Below, piece after piece: positions 28,869 to 39,276 of a stretch of 64,000 nucleotides of DNA (the first letter of the stretch is position 1; the number at the start of each line of letters is the position of its first letter). A program made the position numbers and the translations under genes. The notes beneath the pieces were generated by a model. It ran no database searches. It was not told where the DNA came from and saw nothing but the letters and a program-made list of their open reading frames with translations. This DNA comes from Candidatus Bathyarchaeia archaeon (GTDB lineage Archaea; Thermoproteota; Bathyarchaeia; Bathyarchaeales; Bathycorpusculaceae): positions 1 to 64,000 of the forward strand of contig JAVZNE010000006.1 in NCBI GenBank assembly GCA_038882975.1, given 5' to 3'.

Positions 28869-29183
28869 TTAGATTTTCTCCCTTCTTATCTCGAAAAGCA
28901 CCGTTCCACCATTTGTGTAGGGCTTTCCAGGATCTAAGCACTGAACGTATCCAGTTTCGCCCTCCTCTCTCGCCAAACCCAGACTTTTGAAGCTTATCCC
29001 GCGGCTTAATGGGACAAGCATTGAAAGCATGCAGCCAAAGGCGTGAACACATATATTGTCCGTTTCTTCAACAATTATTTTTGGCGACTCCACAACTATT
29101 TTGTCGCCAACCTTAAAAACCGGACAGATTCCCCTTATCTCCTTAACAGTTATAACGAGGCGATACCTATCCTCATTTTTCAT
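28869..29183 (-). CDS. TIGR04076 family protein
   Basis: ITVKEIRGICPVFKVGDKIV, ICVHA, VQCLDPG...GGTVLFEI. Confidence 0.8.
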   Translation of the reverse strand: MKNEDRYRLVITVKEIRGICPVFKVGDKIVVESPKIIVEETDNICVHAFGCMLSMLVPLSRGISFKSLGLAREEGETGYVQCLDPGKPYTNGGTVLFEIRREKI

Positions 29184-29309
29184 GTTTCCATCCTCAACTG
29201 AAGTATGTTTGGCGATTGGTTAATGTTTTATGGTTAAGGCGTTGAGTTGGCAAACACTTAAAAGTCTTGTTGGAAGGGAATATTTGCTACAGAAAAGGGT
29301 GCATGGACG

Positions 29310-30509
29310 ATGGGAACTCGACCAGTGATAGTTGCGGCTGGGAGGACAAAGTTTGGGGAGCATTATGAGAAGCAGCCTGAACGCCTCATAGAAGAGGCTT
29401 GGCTTAGGGCTTCCGAAGAGGCTGGACTCGAACGCAAAGACCTAGAAGCCTGCTATCTATCGGATTATTTTCTGCCAATAACTAATAAGCTTGGGCTTGA
29501 AGAGGGCTTCCTTTCAGAGTTGACGGAGTTGCATGTGCCCATGGATGTTGTGCGCTCCTTCAGTTCGGCTTTTTCAAACGCTTGCAACGCCATCCAAGCT
29601 GGAAAGTATGACATAGTGCTTGTCGGAGGAGTGGAGAAGATGACAGACCGCTGGGACAAGATCCGCGATGACCTCATGCTCTTGGAAGACCCGTGGAGTT
29701 ACTATGCTGGATGCACACCCGAAGCCAACCACGAACTTATGCTTAGGGCCTACATTAAAAAGTACGGCATAAGCGGCGAGAACCTTGAAAAGCTAGGCAT
29801 AGCCCTGGCACAAATCTCTGTTAAAAACCACTTGAACGCCTTAAAAAACGAGTATGCCCAGTTCCAACGGAAAATAACCGTTGAACAAGTGTTGGAAGCC
29901 AGAAAAAATGCGCGGCGTCCCTTAGGGCTTTATGATTTTGCACCTATATCTGACGGTGCCAGCGCAGTGATTTTAGCCAGCGAGGAAGTAGCCAAAAAGC
30001 TGACTGACAAGCCTATTTACGTGCTTGGCTCCGCCTCCGCCACCGACTACTTAACGTTTCCAGCTCGGGAAGACATGACTGGTTTCCTTGCAACCCGCCT
30101 AGCCATGGAAAAAGCCCTAAAAACCGCTGGAATAAGCCTTTGGAATATACAAGTGCTAGAGCTCTACGACCAGTCCACAGTTATGGAAATAGTTTCCCTT
30201 GAAGATATGGGCTTCTGCACACGTGGAACAGCATGGAAAACCATTTTTGAAAGCTGCAAGGACTATAAAGGCTACTACGAAATTAATGGGAAGAAGCTTT
30301 TTGTCAACATGAATGGCGGATTGAAGGCTGATGGAAACCCATTGGGCGCCACTGGTGGGGCCCAAATCTACGAGGTTGTCAAACAGCTTAGGGGCGAGGC
30401 TGGCGAACGACAAATAAAAACCGATGAAAGGCTAAAGTATGGGTGTGTGTTGGAGCTTGAGGGCTTCGGCACCAAAAGTTATGTCCACGTTTTAGGAGGA
30501 GGCTTCTAA
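29310..30509 (+). CDS. Thiolase-fold protein (SCP2/archaeal type), catalytic residues apparently lost
   Basis: GRTKFG, VGGVEKM, PISDGASAVIL, NGGLKA.G.PLGATG are present, but the usual Cys, HD and GH residues are substituted. Confidence 0.85.
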   Translation: MGTRPVIVAAGRTKFGEHYEKQPERLIEEAWLRASEEAGLERKDLEACYLSDYFLPITNKLGLEEGFLSELTELHVPMDVVRSFSSAFSNACNAIQAGKYDIVLVGGVEKMTDRWDKIRDDLMLLEDPWSYYAGCTPEANHELMLRAYIKKYGISGENLEKLGIALAQISVKNHLNALKNEYAQFQRKITVEQVLEARKNARRPLGLYDFAPISDGASAVILASEEVAKKLTDKPIYVLGSASATDYLTFPAREDMTGFLATRLAMEKALKTAGISLWNIQVLELYDQSTVMEIVSLEDMGFCTRGTAWKTIFESCKDYKGYYEINGKKLFVNMNGGLKADGNPLGATGGAQIYEVVKQLRGEAGERQIKTDERLKYGCVLELEGFGTKSYVHVLGGGF

Positions 30510-32018
30510 ATGAGCAGCGAACCCATTGAAAGGCGTGTTTCTTATCTTGGCGATAGGCTTAGGGGAAGACGCTGCCAAATCTGCGGAAAAGAATATTTTG
30601 AGATAAGGGATTACTGCGGAAACTGTGGAAGAAAAAGCTTCGGAAAGATGGAGGACATAGACTTCTTCTATGAGAAGGGAAGACTTGAACTTTGCACACT
30701 TATCAATGAGCCTACAAACAAGTTTACAAAGCTTGGCACCTACATTTATGGCATAGTCTCCTTCCACAACGGTAAGATAAGAGTTCCCGGAAGGCTCACG
30801 GACAAAATAATAAGGGATGGTGAAACCGTAGACTTTTCAGTTCTTGAGGGCAGAGAAGTCGTTCCAAGATTTAGGAGACGCTATTCCGTAGAGAGAAGCG
30901 AAATTATCCCAACAATATCTTTGGCTTTCACCTTCTCCGACGAATACTACCCCCATCAAGAATACCGTGTAGTAAAACCCAATAAGGAGTATGAAGCACC
31001 GGGGATAGTTGGCTACGGCGTGTACACTTCTAAGTTCAGAATCAGAGAAGGCGGCATAGAGCGTTCCGTCCCCTTCATAGATGAGGACGCCATAACAGCG
31101 GCTGTTGAGGCTGGAAAACTCGCCCTAATCCATTCAGGCGTTGACAGCTCGCTTGTTGGCAAGGTTTATGTAGGCTCCGAGTCAAACCCATACGCTGTCA
31201 AACCAATAGCCTCAAAGGTTGCCCAAGTCCTTAAGCTCGGCGAGGAGGACGAGGATGTTCAAGGCGTTGATGCTGTGGACACGGAATTCGCTTGTAAGGC
31301 GGCGACAAGCATGTTTAAGGATGCCGCCTCGCTGGTCAGCTATCCAAAAATGGGCGTCCCATATGCCATGGTTATTGGGGCGGACAACTCGCAGGCAGCT
31401 CCAAGAGATTCTCCAGGCGGAGAGTTGGACTTCTTCGTTGGCTACGGCGGATGCGCCTACATATTTGGAAAAACCGACGTTATAGCCCAGCTTGAAGGAT
31501 GGTACTCATGCACCTCCGATACACCTGACTTCTGGCGAAGGGACGGCGAACCATACCCAATGCACGGCGGACGGTTTACTGGAGACCCAGCCTACTTTAA
31601 ACACATAAGGAAGGCTGCAAAGAAGCTTATGGACAGGTTGAGCTTAAAGCCAAGCGACATAAACTATTTTGTGGCACATCAGCCAAACGTCCAGTTTCCA
31701 GTCAGAATAGCCCGCGAACTAGGCTTTAAAGAAGAGCAATACATGCCCTCAATCCAGGTGGCAAAGTTCGGCAACACATACTCTGGCTCATCGCCAGTGG
31801 GATTGGCGGCAGTCCTTGACATTGCAAAGCCGAACGAGCGCATTCTAATCGTAAGCTATGGTTCTGGGGCTGGAAGTGACGCTTACTCTTTCGTAACAAC
31901 AAGCCAAATCCTTGAAAAGAGGCAGCGCCAAAAACTATCGGTTAAGTATCAGGCGGAAAATCCGTTCTTAGAGTATGTGGACTATACTATGTATAGGCGA
32001 CTTAAAGCTGGTATGTAA
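30510..32018 (+). CDS. DUF35 (zinc ribbon/OB)-hydroxymethylglutaryl-CoA synthase fusion
   Basis: N-terminal LRGRRCQICG...CGNC; then archaeal HMGS motifs EDAITAAVEA, VGSESNPYAVKP, EFACKA, DTPDFWRR, RFTGDPAYF, HQPN, GNTYSG, SYGSGAGSD. Confidence 0.9.
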   Translation: MSSEPIERRVSYLGDRLRGRRCQICGKEYFEIRDYCGNCGRKSFGKMEDIDFFYEKGRLELCTLINEPTNKFTKLGTYIYGIVSFHNGKIRVPGRLTDKIIRDGETVDFSVLEGREVVPRFRRRYSVERSEIIPTISLAFTFSDEYYPHQEYRVVKPNKEYEAPGIVGYGVYTSKFRIREGGIERSVPFIDEDAITAAVEAGKLALIHSGVDSSLVGKVYVGSESNPYAVKPIASKVAQVLKLGEEDEDVQGVDAVDTEFACKAATSMFKDAASLVSYPKMGVPYAMVIGADNSQAAPRDSPGGELDFFVGYGGCAYIFGKTDVIAQLEGWYSCTSDTPDFWRRDGEPYPMHGGRFTGDPAYFKHIRKAAKKLMDRLSLKPSDINYFVAHQPNVQFPVRIARELGFKEEQYMPSIQVAKFGNTYSGSSPVGLAAVLDIAKPNERILIVSYGSGAGSDAYSFVTTSQILEKRQRQKLSVKYQAENPFLEYVDYTMYRRLKAGM

Positions 32019-32066
32019 GCAACCTTTAATAATAGTGCTGGGACAGATTACAACGGAGCAAAATAG

Positions 32067-33236
32067 ATGTCTATGCGTGAAGTCTTCCGCGTCGTATACG
32101 CGCCCCATAAAGCCTTCAAAGAAATAATACAAAAACCAGGATACAAAGGACCACTAATAATTATGCTGCTTTTTGTGCTGTCTCTTTCAGGATTCTATTA
32201 CGTCTTCTCTACGAGAGTTTACTATGATCAAACAGTGCCTGGATCGGGCGATTTGGATAAATGGACTGAAAATGCTAGCCTTTGGAGCTCAAAACAAGGC
32301 GCAACAATATCCAATAACACCTCGGATTATATAAAAGGGAATTTTTATGGAAATAAAAGTGTCCAATTTGAATTGAATAATAGCAATCGTATTGATATGC
32401 AATTAAATTTTTCAGAGCCATTAAATTGTGTTGAACCAAATAACTATACTAACTTATCATTCAGAATCAAAATAATTAAACCATCAGAGAATCCCAGTAA
32501 CTTGAGCATTTTTCTATGCTCGGAAAATGATGCGGATAAGTACTTCAATTATTCAATGGAAGGTGATGATTTAGAGATAGTTAATGTTTGGTATAATGGT
32601 ACAATTTCGTTAGCCAACTTTATAAGGGTTAATGGTGCAGATTGGCGAAACATCACAAGCTTAAAATTTGAATTGGCATGGGAAAACAACAAGGATATAA
32701 CGGTTCTGGTTGACGGAATCTTCTTCCATGGCTACTATAAATCCATTCTTGAGATGAGTGGGGGTGCAGTAATGATTAATTCAGTAATAAGTGGTTTCAT
32801 GCAATTCACTGTACAGTGGGTGATACTTGCCATCATTTTATACCTTTTTTCAAAGCTTTTTAAAGCGCAGCCAGTTTGGAAAACCATGCTCACCATTTCA
32901 GGTTTTGTGCTCATAACTTTCTTTATACAGAACTTGATCCTCACAGGAGTTGTTCTTGCCTATCCCGAGATGCATTTGTCTCTTGAGACTTTAGGTGGAG
33001 TTCCTGGGGAGGGTATGACCGCGGATGCGCAGAATTATGTGTTCATCTTCGTCGTCCTTCAATATTATATTTTGGAAAGAATAGTTTACTTTGTTTGGAT
33101 TGTAGTATTATGTAGCATTGCCGTGCGTTTGCTGTTCGGGTTTCCATGGGCGAGAAGCGTTTCCCTTTCGCTCCTCAGCAGCGTAATTAGCATGTTGGCA
33201 TTTCGCTTCCTAATGTATGGTGGAGTCTGGCTCTAG
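32067..33236 (+). CDS. Yip1-domain membrane protein with inserted extracellular domain
   Basis: VVYAPHKAFKEI N-terminus, N-glycosylation-rich soluble insert, four further TM helices. Confidence 0.65.
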   Translation: MSMREVFRVVYAPHKAFKEIIQKPGYKGPLIIMLLFVLSLSGFYYVFSTRVYYDQTVPGSGDLDKWTENASLWSSKQGATISNNTSDYIKGNFYGNKSVQFELNNSNRIDMQLNFSEPLNCVEPNNYTNLSFRIKIIKPSENPSNLSIFLCSENDADKYFNYSMEGDDLEIVNVWYNGTISLANFIRVNGADWRNITSLKFELAWENNKDITVLVDGIFFHGYYKSILEMSGGAVMINSVISGFMQFTVQWVILAIILYLFSKLFKAQPVWKTMLTISGFVLITFFIQNLILTGVVLAYPEMHLSLETLGGVPGEGMTADAQNYVFIFVVLQYYILERIVYFVWIVVLCSIAVRLLFGFPWARSVSLSLLSSVISMLAFRFLMYGGVWL

Positions 33237-34442
33237 TTATTCGTATCTTAGGGCTACTACTGGTGGGATTTTTGATGCTCTGTAGGCTGGGAGGATTCCG
33301 CCCACCAAGCCTATTAGGATTGTTAGGGCTAGTGTTTGGGTTATGAGGGTTGGAGTTATTAGGGGACTTAGTTGTAGGGTTATGCCGCCTTCGCCTATGC
33401 CACCTATTGTAAAGCCTCTTGAAGCCAGTATGTAGGCACCCGCCACGCCTATTGATATTCCGGCTGATCCGCCGACAAGGCTCATGACCATTGACTCCAT
33501 TAGGATTAGTAGGAGAATCTGCCTGTTCGTGTAGCCTATTGCCTTCATTACGCCTATTTCTCTGGTACGTTCCATAACGGAGGTTATCATTGTTGCTGCT
33601 ACTCCGGCTATGGCGACGGCGAAGGCTGAAAGCGATGTTGAAAAGTTTATGAAGTTTATTGCTCCAGTTACGCTGGAAACAGCCTCGGCTATGGAGCTGA
33701 AAGCGATTATTTGGGCTTTATCCTCATAATTCTGCCTCAAAATCGATACGATAGGCTTAACGTTAACTGCGTTGTTAACCAGAACGATAATTCCGGACCA
33801 TCTATCCATTCCAAGATAGCTTTTGCCAGCCTCTAAGCACATGAAGATGGTGGAGTCAGGGTCCACTATCAATGCGCCACCATATTCTTCAAGGATGGCG
33901 CCAACCCGCACTCCTATTGACCTTCTCCCTGTTATTTTTCCTCCTTCAACCTTCGGCACATTCACGATTAAACTGTCTTCTAGGCGGAAGTATTTCTCGT
34001 TGTCTTTGTAGGCTATTTTCCGTCCTATTATAACGTATAAACGCTCTGCTGGAATATCGCCTTCGCTGATTTTTAGGCTTCCTATAGCCTCAAAGAGCAT
34101 GCCGTAATCAACCGCAAATATTGACACTTTAACTTCTTCTGTTCCCCTCTTTACTATGCCTTGCGTGTTGTAGAAGGGTTCAGCTCTTCTAACTGCCTCG
34201 AGAGCTCTAATATAGTTTAGGTCTTCTTCGTCAAGCCGATAATTTTCTGTTGGAAAAATGGCAATGGCATTCTGGCCAAGCGACGTTATCCTCTCTTCTA
34301 TGTAGTTTGAGTAGCTTCCAACAACTGAGCTCATCATGACGAGGACTAATGGGCCTATGGCTATTCCAACTATTGTTAGTGTAGCCCTCATCCTTCTTTC
34401 GCTTAGGGCTTTTAGCGAAAGTCTAACGAAGTCCGTAAACAT
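33237..34442 (-). CDS. ABC transporter permease (MacB/FtsX type)
   Basis: RATLTIVGIAIG, SVMERTREIGVMKAIG, PAYRASKIPPVVALRYE. Confidence 0.93.
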   Translation of the reverse strand: MFTDFVRLSLKALSERRMRATLTIVGIAIGPLVLVMMSSVVGSYSNYIEERITSLGQNAIAIFPTENYRLDEEDLNYIRALEAVRRAEPFYNTQGIVKRGTEEVKVSIFAVDYGMLFEAIGSLKISEGDIPAERLYVIIGRKIAYKDNEKYFRLEDSLIVNVPKVEGGKITGRRSIGVRVGAILEEYGGALIVDPDSTIFMCLEAGKSYLGMDRWSGIIVLVNNAVNVKPIVSILRQNYEDKAQIIAFSSIAEAVSSVTGAINFINFSTSLSAFAVAIAGVAATMITSVMERTREIGVMKAIGYTNRQILLLILMESMVMSLVGGSAGISIGVAGAYILASRGFTIGGIGEGGITLQLSPLITPTLITQTLALTILIGLVGGILPAYRASKIPPVVALRYE

Positions 34443-34464
34443 GGTGGCGTTTCACCGTCGCTGT

Positions 34465-37400
34465 TTAGGAACCGCCCTCCAATTTTGACTTCTTCACAGT
34501 CCTATATATTAGGACAGCTGCAACGGCCAGAAATATGATGACGCCCGCCACAATAATCCATCTTTCAATCGTAAACTCTCCGCCTTTAACCGTCGGAGGT
34601 GAAACTTCTTGTAGTGTAATGGTTATGTTCATCTCCTTTGACTCCAGCTTGTTAAATATGTCATAATATCTTACAGTTAAAACAGCAGAGTCGCTATACT
34701 TGTTTACGTCCACCCTGAAGGCTATCTCTGAGCCGGGTTCAACATCGCCTATGAATGAGGACTGGGTAGCATCGCTAATTTGAAGCTCCACCTCGACGCG
34801 GTGGGCTATTGCTGAGCCATAATTAACAATTATGCCTGACACCGTCGAGGTTGCGCCTGTGCCGGTCGCCTTAACATTTCTTAATGTGAGGTCTATGAAG
34901 GGCTCAACCATCACAGTTATTGAATTGTTGAAAACATGTTGATAGCCGCATGCATCCCTATAAATTATCGAAACCATAAATGGAACTGGTCCATACGTTA
35001 CAGTCATGGTCCCACCGGTTTGTGTGTAAAAGCCGAGTGGGTTATACGCCAATGTCAATGGGATTTTAAGGCTTTCTTCTGGGAGAATCCTCTCTACATA
35101 GTTTACAGCTGGCGAAGCAATAAGTATTGGCATTCCTTGGTAAGGCGAAATCACCACATAAGCATCGTAAACTGGTGAACTTCCATGGTTAACAAGGGTT
35201 AAAGAAGTGTTTGTGTATCGGCTTCTAACGCTGACGGTTTTCTCCATGGCTATTTCGATGTATCCAGCCCTTCCAAGGATAGCGACGGGCACTCTTATCG
35301 GGATTTGTCGGTTGCCGCCCCACCCATCAATGTAGGATAAGAATCCATCAAAAATGTAGTTTCCAGCATTAACGTTAAATAAGTTGAGGTTAAACATGAA
35401 GGTTAGGATGTCTCCTCTGCTGTAAACCTGTGCTGGGCTGGCTTGCCGGGCACTTAAGAAGGCGTTTAGAATTTCTCCTAAGTTCTGCTGTTGGAGCGGG
35501 AGTTGCAGCTGCACCGATAACGGTGCAGCCCTAACAACGCTTGAGTTGTCCACAGCGTTGTAAATGCCTTCTGGCAGCTCTAGCACAAGCACAGCACCGT
35601 GAAGCCCATCCACGTAAACATTCCTGACAAGCACTATCAAGTGAGCACCATAAGTGTCTGGTCCAACAGAGCCCTCATACCATCTTGCATCCAAAACCTC
35701 CAAGGCTGAGCCATCATCGTTTACACATATTTGCACATTGAAGTTTTCAACACGTCTAACTCCGGGACCGCCGGAAAGCAGTATACAGTCAGCTGTTAAT
35801 GTTGCGTTGTAGCCTCCTGGCAGTATATCGCCGACTGAAATCATGAATGAAGCTGTAAGGGTGGCTAAGCTTCTAACGGGACCTTCAAGGTAGGCCGTGG
35901 CTTCGCCTAGTCCTTTCGAGGTTATTCCGGCTGGAAGCTTAAGCTTTAAGTTTACTCCGGCGATGGAGTAGGGCGCCCTATTCGCTAATGTCACCTGATA
36001 TGTGGCGTTGCTTGTTCTTGGAAAAACATTCACATGGTTCTGCCATCCGGCATCCACAAGAGAGAGAATGCTTTCAGAAGCGGGATAACTTTCAATCGGC
36101 AAAGAAACTGTGAAGTTCCTTACTATGCTGACGTGGGTTCCAAACTCCGTGAATATGTAGTTTGCAAAAATTTTCACGGGCACGTTTAGGGCTGTGGTGT
36201 TTATGTCAAAGTAGAGAACCGCTGTACATGCGCCGCCCCTGGCGACTGTTGTGGCACATGCCTCTGAATCCTTTACGGGTGTGAGATGCTGAGAAGAAGC
36301 GTTCACCACAACTCCCCAAACACTGTGCCGTCCATAATTAACCAGCCTAATTGTTAATGGCACATAACGCGAAGTCGAATAAACCGGTGCGGGGTCTGGA
36401 TAACCCCAATAGGCGCTGACAAGAATGAGCTCAGGTACGTAACTGTGGATTGTTTCAATGCTTATTGGAAAACGTATGGTCTGGTTCATGAGGAAGGATG
36501 CGCCAGAAACCATTTTGAGGTAAGTTATGTCCAATGTGCCTTCATATAGCCCCTCAACCACATTCGAGTCTACGTCGAGGTTTAAGTCAACATAACATGT
36601 GCCGCCAGCAGGCATTCCATTAATATAGGTTCCAGAAATTGCTCTGACATCCATACCATTTGGAACCCTAGCACTAATATTCATAGCGCTTATGGCGTCG
36701 GGAAGCCTATTAATAAAGTATATTCTTAAAATAACGCCTCTTGCTGATGGAAGCAGTGGAGCAGCCTCTCCATTGTAAAGTGTGTTTACGGCTGCCACCA
36801 TTATTGGCTCTTCTGGAGGTGGACTCTCCACCTTCACCAGAGCTTCCAAAGTTGTAGTATTGCTGTAGAGCACCCCATCATCTGTTCTCGCATTACAATC
36901 AGCGTGGATGGTGGCGCTATAATTACCCTTTTCAACGTTTATGGTTATCCCAGTAAAAGTTAGAGTGAAACGCTCCCCCCCATTTACAAGTCCCGTGCTT
37001 GCCCTTGGATTTTTGACAACAAAACCCTCCGGCAGTGTGACGTTAAAGTTTGCTGAATTAATGGTGCTTCCATTATTCTCCAATATTACGTAGAGATTTG
37101 TGTCCACAGAGCCCGGATAAGAGGCTGGCGAAAAATACGCATCCACAACTTTTAGAGAAATCTGCGGATAAGGCGAAACGGTGACCTTTATCTGGTATGT
37201 TTCAAATGCAATGCTGTTTTCTTTTACATAGGTTATGTTAAGCCCCAAATTGTAATCTTTCGGTTCTGCGGAGCTTGCGATATCAAGCAGATACTCAAAA
37301 GTGACATGAGTGTTTAATCCAACTTCTTGGGCAACGCTTCCGTTAAGAAGCCTCGCCGGGGAACAGGCGCCGCTTCCAGAAGTGAAGCTCATTCCATCGG

Positions 37401-37650
37401 TTAAGTTAAGCCATCCGACGATCTCTCTTGCAGTTGTGGTATTCTGGTAGACTGCTTCAATTTTTAGGCTTACCCTTCTACTGCCGGGATAGATTTCCGC
37501 CGTGTCAGCAGAAGACCTTACATTAACATATATTATGCGAAAATCTTGAGGTGAAGCTTCCGAAACCACTTTGTGGACAATGATAGGCCCAAGCTGTAAT
37601 AGAAGCGTAGTGGCCAATACGAGGGTTAAAACCTTCTTTAAACTCTTCAT
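34465..37650 (-). CDS. Large COG1361/S-layer-like multi-Ig-domain membrane-anchored protein
   Basis: Signal peptide, repeated (W)...YPG...L.V...N Ig-like units, C-terminal TM; lies between ABC ATPase and permease. Confidence 0.75.
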   Translation of the reverse strand: MKSLKKVLTLVLATTLLLQLGPIIVHKVVSEASPQDFRIIYVNVRSSADTAEIYPGSRRVSLKIEAVYQNTTTAREIVGWLNLTDGMSFTSGSGACSPARLLNGSVAQEVGLNTHVTFEYLLDIASSAEPKDYNLGLNITYVKENSIAFETYQIKVTVSPYPQISLKVVDAYFSPASYPGSVDTNLYVILENNGSTINSANFNVTLPEGFVVKNPRASTGLVNGGERFTLTFTGITINVEKGNYSATIHADCNARTDDGVLYSNTTTLEALVKVESPPPEEPIMVAAVNTLYNGEAAPLLPSARGVILRIYFINRLPDAISAMNISARVPNGMDVRAISGTYINGMPAGGTCYVDLNLDVDSNVVEGLYEGTLDITYLKMVSGASFLMNQTIRFPISIETIHSYVPELILVSAYWGYPDPAPVYSTSRYVPLTIRLVNYGRHSVWGVVVNASSQHLTPVKDSEACATTVARGGACTAVLYFDINTTALNVPVKIFANYIFTEFGTHVSIVRNFTVSLPIESYPASESILSLVDAGWQNHVNVFPRTSNATYQVTLANRAPYSIAGVNLKLKLPAGITSKGLGEATAYLEGPVRSLATLTASFMISVGDILPGGYNATLTADCILLSGGPGVRRVENFNVQICVNDDGSALEVLDARWYEGSVGPDTYGAHLIVLVRNVYVDGLHGAVLVLELPEGIYNAVDNSSVVRAAPLSVQLQLPLQQQNLGEILNAFLSARQASPAQVYSRGDILTFMFNLNLFNVNAGNYIFDGFLSYIDGWGGNRQIPIRVPVAILGRAGYIEIAMEKTVSVRSRYTNTSLTLVNHGSSPVYDAYVVISPYQGMPILIASPAVNYVERILPEESLKIPLTLAYNPLGFYTQTGGTMTVTYGPVPFMVSIIYRDACGYQHVFNNSITVMVEPFIDLTLRNVKATGTGATSTVSGIIVNYGSAIAHRVEVELQISDATQSSFIGDVEPGSEIAFRVDVNKYSDSAVLTVRYYDIFNKLESKEMNITITLQEVSPPTVKGGEFTIERWIIVAGVIIFLAVAAVLIYRTVKKSKLEGGS

Positions 37651-37674
37651 GTCTTCACCTTCTTATGAGAGCAA

Positions 37675-38484
37675 TTACACCTTACTAATAAGGGATTCCG
37701 CCTTATTAGGCATGTACTCACCAACAATCTCTCCATCCCTAATAACAAAAATTTTTTCCATACAGTTCGCCACCTCAGGGTCGTGGGTTACAACCACCAC
37801 CGTATGTCCAGCCTTATTCAGGTTCAGAAAAGTTTCAACAACAACTTTGGCTGAGGCTCTGTCTAAATTGCCCGTGGGCTCATCAGCCAACAAAACAACG
37901 GGTTTTCCAACAATGGCTCTTGCAATTGCCACTCGCTGCTGCTGACCACCAGAAAGCTGATTAGGCTTTTTTGGAAGCCAGCTCTCATCGCCGCCAACCC
38001 TTGTTATGGCGTCTAAAACCATTTTTGCTCTAACACTGCGAGGGATTCCGCGAGGTATGAGGGGCAACTCGATGTTTTCGAAGACACTTAACCTATTGAC
38101 CAGGTTGAAGGTTTGGAAGACGAAGCCAAGCTTGATGTTGCGTAAATTGGCCAATGCTTTGTCGTCAAGCTTTGAAACGTCAAAGCCGTCGAAGAAAATT
38201 TTGCCTTTTGTAGGTCTGTCCAAAAGCCCTATCATGTTGAGAAGTGTTGTTTTCCCCGAGCCTGAAGGCCCCATTATGGCGATGAGTTGCCCCCTAAAAA
38301 CTTGGAAATTAATTTTCTTTAAGGCCACTGTTGAAATAGTCCCAACACTATACTCTTTGTAAACGTCCACCAGTTCGATTATTGGTTTCTGCTGTGTTTG
38401 TTCGGTCAATTCTATCCTCATCGCATATTTTGGCATCATAGCAAATAACACAAGACCATATATACCATTTACTCTTCCAACCAA
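37675..38484 (-). CDS. ABC transporter ATP-binding protein (LolD/MacB type)
   Basis: GPSGSGKTT, LSGGQQQRVAIAR, LADEPTGNLD, VTHD. True start probably downstream of 38484. Confidence 0.95.
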   Translation of the reverse strand: MVGRVNGIYGLVLFAMMPKYAMRIELTEQTQQKPIIELVDVYKEYSVGTISTVALKKINFQVFRGQLIAIMGPSGSGKTTLLNMIGLLDRPTKGKIFFDGFDVSKLDDKALANLRNIKLGFVFQTFNLVNRLSVFENIELPLIPRGIPRSVRAKMVLDAITRVGGDESWLPKKPNQLSGGQQQRVAIARAIVGKPVVLLADEPTGNLDRASAKVVVETFLNLNKAGHTVVVVTHDPEVANCMEKIFVIRDGEIVGEYMPNKAESLISKV

Positions 38485-38638
38485 ACATTGAATATTGCTG
38501 GGTATCTAGCAAGATTTATATGTGTGGCCGCCTTTTTTGATGCTAACTGGCCTCTGCTGAAACTCGGTGTTCAGCAAAAGCGGACACTTGAGTTTTTGGC
38601 GTTTGAGGCTGGTTCCGCGATAAGGACGAAAAAACAGT

Positions 38639-38923
38639 ATGCCAAGAAGGCTTCCAGAAAAAACAAAAAACATCCAGAGAAAACCAAGAAGGTTTGGGAG
38701 TAGCCGACGCTTCAACCCCGGCAAACCCTTTTTCCAAATGGCGCCAGTCAAGGAGAATCAGGAGCTTGAGGTTGTTATAGACGACATTGGAAGCAGAGGG
38801 GACGGAATAGCCCGAATACAGGGCTACTTGATTTTTGTTCCAAACAGCAAAATAGGCGAACGCGTCAAAGTGCGCATTGTTTCTGTTGGAGGAAAATTCG
38901 CCGTCGCGGAAAGAATAGCCTAA
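38639..38923 (+). CDS. Single-TRAM domain RNA-binding protein
   Basis: APVKENQELEV.IDDIGSRGDGIARIQGYLIFVPN; basic N-terminal tail. Confidence 0.9.
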   Translation: MPRRLPEKTKNIQRKPRRFGSSRRFNPGKPFFQMAPVKENQELEVVIDDIGSRGDGIARIQGYLIFVPNSKIGERVKVRIVSVGGKFAVAERIA

Positions 38924-38939
38924 AAAGGATGGTGAAAAA

Positions 38940-39230
38940 ATGAAGATTAAGGAACTGCGAAATGGGATGAAACGGGTAAACGTCGAAGCCAAGGTCGTAG
39001 AAAAATCAGCGCCACGTGAAGTTCTATCCAGATTCAGTGACACAACCCACAAGGTGGCAACAGCCATAATAGCAGACGAAACAGGCACTATAAAGCTGAC
39101 CCTATGGAACGACCAGATAAACCAGGTAAACATCAACGACACAGTCAAGGTGGAAAACGGTTACGTGACAAGCTTCAAGGGAGAAATCCAGCTGAACGTC
39201 GGCAAATACGGAAAACTCACAGTTGAATAA
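38940..39230 (+). CDS. ssb: Single OB-fold ssDNA-binding protein (crenarchaeal SSB type)
   Basis: MKIKELRNG...ADETGTIKLTLW...VENGYVTSFKGEIQLNVG. Confidence 0.9.
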   Translation: MKIKELRNGMKRVNVEAKVVEKSAPREVLSRFSDTTHKVATAIIADETGTIKLTLWNDQINQVNINDTVKVENGYVTSFKGEIQLNVGKYGKLTVE

Positions 39231-39276
39231 ACCTGCGCGGAAAATTTTGAACCGAAATAAAAGAGAGGTGAAAAGT

